NCBI GenBank assembly: GCA_963842085.1
Contig: CAWJET010000002.1
Span: 64,001 to 128,000 of the forward strand
DNA: 64,000 bases
Source: an uncultured delta proteobacterium
GTDB lineage: Bacteria > Desulfobacterota > Binatia > Binatales > Binataceae
Direction: 5' to 3'
Part shown: one piece after another, positions 60,924 through 64,000 of the stretch
Numbering within the stretch: the stretch's first letter is position 1
Layout: each line of letters starts with the position of its first letter
The notes under the pieces: model-generated
Database searches by the model: none
What the model was told of the DNA's origin: nothing
The model's input: only the letters and a program-made list of their open reading frames with translations
Translations under genes and position numbers: made by a program

Positions 60924-62465
60924 ATGCCAGCCAGTTTTCTGCACGGAGTTGAGGTAATCGAAGTGCCTAACGGGCCGGTTCCGGTCACTGTCGTCAAGTC
61001 GGCAGTGATTGGACTGGTGGGAACGGCGCCGACGTGGGCGGTGGCGTCGCCGACGGTCGCAGCAGCGCTCAACACGCCGACGCTGGTTTCGTCGGCGCTC
61101 GATGCGGCGCAGCTCGGACCCCTGGTTCGCGGATACACCGTTCCGTACGCATTAGCGGCGATCCAGGCGCAGGGAGCAGGACAGGCGATCGTGGTCAACG
61201 TGTTCGATCCCAGCAGACATTTCACCGCGATAGCGGCGACCGCATTCACCTTCAATACGCAAGGAGCCATTAACCTCGGACACATGGGCGTGTCGAACGT
61301 GGTAGTCACTAGTAATCCGGCGGGTACTACCTATGTTGCGGGCACTGACTATACGATCGACGCGGTGAACGGCGCGATTGTGGTAGTGCCAGCAGGATCG
61401 GGAGGACATATCAGCGCCGGCGCCAGCGTATTGATCGCATTTGACTATGCGGATCCGTCGAAGGTGGCGGACGCAGACGTGATCGGAGCAATCACGGGCG
61501 GCGTTTACACGGGGATGCAGGCATTCCAGACGACCTACGGGACGATGGGATTCTTCCCCAAGATACTAATTGCTCCCGGCTACTCACAGGACGCGAGCGT
61601 CGGGACTGCGCTCGACGCGATGGCGAGGAAGATTCGCGCGATAGCGCTGGTAGATTCGCCGCCGGGGACCTCGGCGACGACCGCGATAACGAATCGGGGA
61701 GTCGTGGGCAACGGCTTCGCAACGTCGAGCAGCCGGACAGTTCTCTGCTATCCGCAGGAGACGTTTTTCGACACGGGAGTGGTGCCGACGGGAGTAACGC
61801 TCAACGCGTCGGGAACGCCGATACCGTCGCAATTCAACGCAAATGCGGTGGCGCCATATTCGCACTGGGTGGCAGGAGCGATAGCGGCGAAAGACCTGGC
61901 GCAAGGGTACTGGTGGTCGCCGTCCAACACGCAGGTCGATGGAATGCTCGGGCCGGACGTTCAGCTGTACGCGTCCATTCTGGACGCGTCGTCCGACGTG
62001 AACAACCTGAATGGGGCGGGAATCGTGACAGTGTTCAATGCATTCGGCACCGGCCTGCGGGTGTGGGGGAACAGGAGCGCGGCGTACCCGACGTCTACCG
62101 CGCCGGACAACTTTATCTCGGTGCGGCGCACGATGGACGCAATCGAGGAATCGGTGGAACTCGCGATGCTGCAGTTTATCGATCAACCGATCTCGAACGC
62201 GCTGATCGACGCGATCCTGGCCAGCGCGAACGCGTTCATCAGGTCGCTCATTCAGCGCGGCGCACTGGTAGCCGGCGCAGCAAGCTTCGACCCGGCGGAG
62301 AATCCAGCCGCGCAGATCGCGGCCGGGCAGCTGGTGTTCGACATCGACGTGATGCCTCCGCCGCCCGCGGAACGAATCACCTTTGAAGCATTCATAGATG
62401 CTGCGTTGCTGCAGCAACTCGGACAGACGAGTCCGATAACCGTAGCGGCCGGAGCGACGGCGTAA
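60924..62465 (+). CDS. Tail sheath protein (P2 FI-like)
   Basis: FLHGVEVIE, AVIGLVGTAP, WWSPSN, WGNRS, FISVRRT and PPAERITF motifs. Confidence 0.93.
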   Translation: MPASFLHGVEVIEVPNGPVPVTVVKSAVIGLVGTAPTWAVASPTVAAALNTPTLVSSALDAAQLGPLVRGYTVPYALAAIQAQGAGQAIVVNVFDPSRHFTAIAATAFTFNTQGAINLGHMGVSNVVVTSNPAGTTYVAGTDYTIDAVNGAIVVVPAGSGGHISAGASVLIAFDYADPSKVADADVIGAITGGVYTGMQAFQTTYGTMGFFPKILIAPGYSQDASVGTALDAMARKIRAIALVDSPPGTSATTAITNRGVVGNGFATSSSRTVLCYPQETFFDTGVVPTGVTLNASGTPIPSQFNANAVAPYSHWVAGAIAAKDLAQGYWWSPSNTQVDGMLGPDVQLYASILDASSDVNNLNGAGIVTVFNAFGTGLRVWGNRSAAYPTSTAPDNFISVRRTMDAIEESVELAMLQFIDQPISNALIDAILASANAFIRSLIQRGALVAGAASFDPAENPAAQIAAGQLVFDIDVMPPPPAERITFEAFIDAALLQQLGQTSPITVAAGATA

Positions 62466-62489
62466 TTCGGCCTACTCTAGGGGAACAGG

Positions 62490-63009
62490 ATGAATATCCA
62501 GATCAACTCACTGACTAATGCAAATATATACATCGACGGCATCGGACTGCTCGGGCGGGCCGAAGAGATAGAGATCGCCAACCCCAAGCACAAGATGATC
62601 GACTACAAGGACCTGGGGATGGCGGGAACGGCCGAGTTGTGGGCGGGAGTGGAGAAGCTCGAGTCGAAGATCAAGTGGGCGTCGTTCGACGCGGATACGC
62701 TTACGCTGTCGACCAGTCCTTTCCAGACGCATTCCTTCCAGGCGCGAGGCAAACCTGGAGCAGTACACCAGCCAGGGCCGAACTGCACAGCTGCCGGTGG
62801 TGTACCTGATGACGGGAATCTTCAAGGATGCCGGCAGTCCGACTTTCCGCCAGCATCAGATGGTCGAAACCACGTCGGTAGTAAGTATCTATCACTGCGA
62901 GCTATTCGTGGCCGGAGTTCAAATATACTTGTACGACGTATTCGCCAATATCTACGTGGTCGGCGGCGTCGATCAACTGAGTACTTTCCGATCGAACCTT
63001 GGCGGCTGA
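62490..63009 (+). pseudogene. Major tail tube protein (P2 FII-like), frameshifted at about 62751
   Basis: One extra A in GGCAAACCTGGAG; removing it joins ...FQARG-NLEQYTSQGRTAQLPVVYLMTG...RSNLGG into about 172 aa. Confidence 0.8.
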
Positions 63010-63050
63010 CGGAGCACAGCAGTGAAGCCGAAAGACGGGAGCGATGACTA

Positions 63051-63820
63051 ATGAAGAGCGACGAGATTACGGTGCCGGCGCAACGACCGCGAGTGTCGCA
63101 GCCGCGGCCACGGCCCCAGGAGCGAGCGCGAATGGCTACCTGGCGGGGCAGGTCAGCGTCCAGCTAAATCCGAATGCCTTGATCGCGAGCGTGACCAACA
63201 CGAGCACGACCACCGGCGGATCCGCGCCGGAAACGGACGACCATCTGCGCACGCGCATCCAGGCCGCGCCCAATCAGTTCAGCGTCGCCGGGCCGACGGG
63301 AGCGTACCGGTTCTATGCGATCGGCGCCGATCCATCGATTGTCGATGCGCAAATCGTCAGTCCCGCGCCCGGAGCGGTGAACGCGTACGTGCTGACCGGG
63401 CCGGTGACCGTGCAGCCGGCGGCGGCGCCAAACAGTGCGGGAGTCGCCAACTCGGCGCTGCTGGGGAAAGTCGCCGCGGTGCTGAATGCCGACACCGTGC
63501 GTCCGCTCACCGACACCGTAAATGTGCTCGCGGTGACCGAGGTGGATTACCAGATCACCGCGACCGTGACGCTTTACTCGGACGCGGATCCGACCGCGAC
63601 GATCACTGCGGCGACCGCCGCCGCGCAGGAGCTCGCGCTGGAGCTCGCGGCCAAGATTCAGCGCGACATCGTGCCGAGCCAGATAATAGCTGCGCTATCG
63701 GTCGCCGGCGTTTATGGCGTGACGCTCACGTCGCCGGTGCTGACCCCGCTTACGGCAGGGCAGTGGGCGAACTGCACGATGATCTCGCTGACGACGGCGT
63801 TCAGCACGGAGCACAGCTGA
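63051..63820 (+). pseudogene. N-terminally truncated baseplate J-like gene, joined to the start of another tail gene
   Basis: GGSAPETDDHLRTRI..AP.QFSVAGP.GAY and VRPLTD.V; no N-terminal J region; ATG AAG AGC GAC GAG ATT ACG (MKSDEIT) in another frame just upstream. Confidence 0.7.
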
Positions 63821-64000
63821 TGCCCGAGCTTTCGGCCGCGCCGTCGATCAACGATACCCGCACGCAAGCCTTGCTGGTGCTGATCGCGCGGCTCGCGGCG
63901 CTCGACCTCTCGACGCTGCTCGTTTACCGGATCGACTCGGTGGTGGAAGAGGCGTTGCCGTTCCTGGCGTGGCAATTCGACATCCTGTCTCCCCTGTGGC
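63820..64000 (+). CDS. Phage tail protein I (P2 gpI-like), truncated by the window edge
   Basis: MPELSAAPSIND...LLVYRIDSVVEEALPFLAWQFDI; TGATG coupling to J. Confidence 0.8.
   Translation, partial: MPELSAAPSINDTRTQALLVLIARLAALDLSTLLVYRIDSVVEEALPFLAWQFDILSPLW

Larger units (their letters stand above)
35020..64000 (+). mobile_element. Mu-like head / P2-like tail prophage-derived region, interrupted and apparently defective; continues past the window
   Basis: Repressor, Mor-like, GH108, terminases, portal, protease, gpT, gp36, gp37, sheath, tube, baseplate J and tail I in canonical order. Confidence 0.85.

Noticed and set aside
62745-62760. Programmed frameshift in the tube gene
   Set aside because: No canonical slippery heptamer, and tail frameshifts normally occur in chaperone genes; mutation or sequencing error is more likely.
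60924-64000. Tailocin or eCIS interpretation
   Set aside because: Complete head and packaging genes are present, and the tail is the damaged module.

Overview
GC-rich bacterial window. The gene style (LLM monooxygenase plus alpha/beta hydrolase, CoA-catabolic operons, NHL/PT-linker surface protein) resembles Candidatus Binatia, but that is inference only. 1-35 kb is host metabolism: a TPP enzyme, an acyl-CoA catabolic operon, SQR, amidase, an FGGY kinase with an S1P-lyase-like enzyme, hisN, dodecin, a sigma-54 two-component system, GH15, a phosphonate cluster (PehA-like, PhnX, FAD oxidoreductase), and a GNAT-like/desaturase/ABC-permease cluster flanked by XRE and ImmA/IrrE-like genes. 35-64 kb is a Mu-like head and P2-like contractile tail prophage region. 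It has no transposase or replication genes in the window and is interrupted by a DUF559 endonuclease with REP-like repeats and by about 12 kb of cargo (methyltransferase, low-GC HEPN/HATPase/STAS module, an IS, NHL protein). Its tail tube gene is frameshifted and the tail module carries a large deletion. Main highlights: a candidate sigma-54-dependent anti-SD sRNA next to the two-component system, three families of dispersed structured repeats, a possibly domesticated (GTA-like) or decaying phage, and a candidate defence module. All calls come from reading the sequence and recalling motifs; no searches were run.
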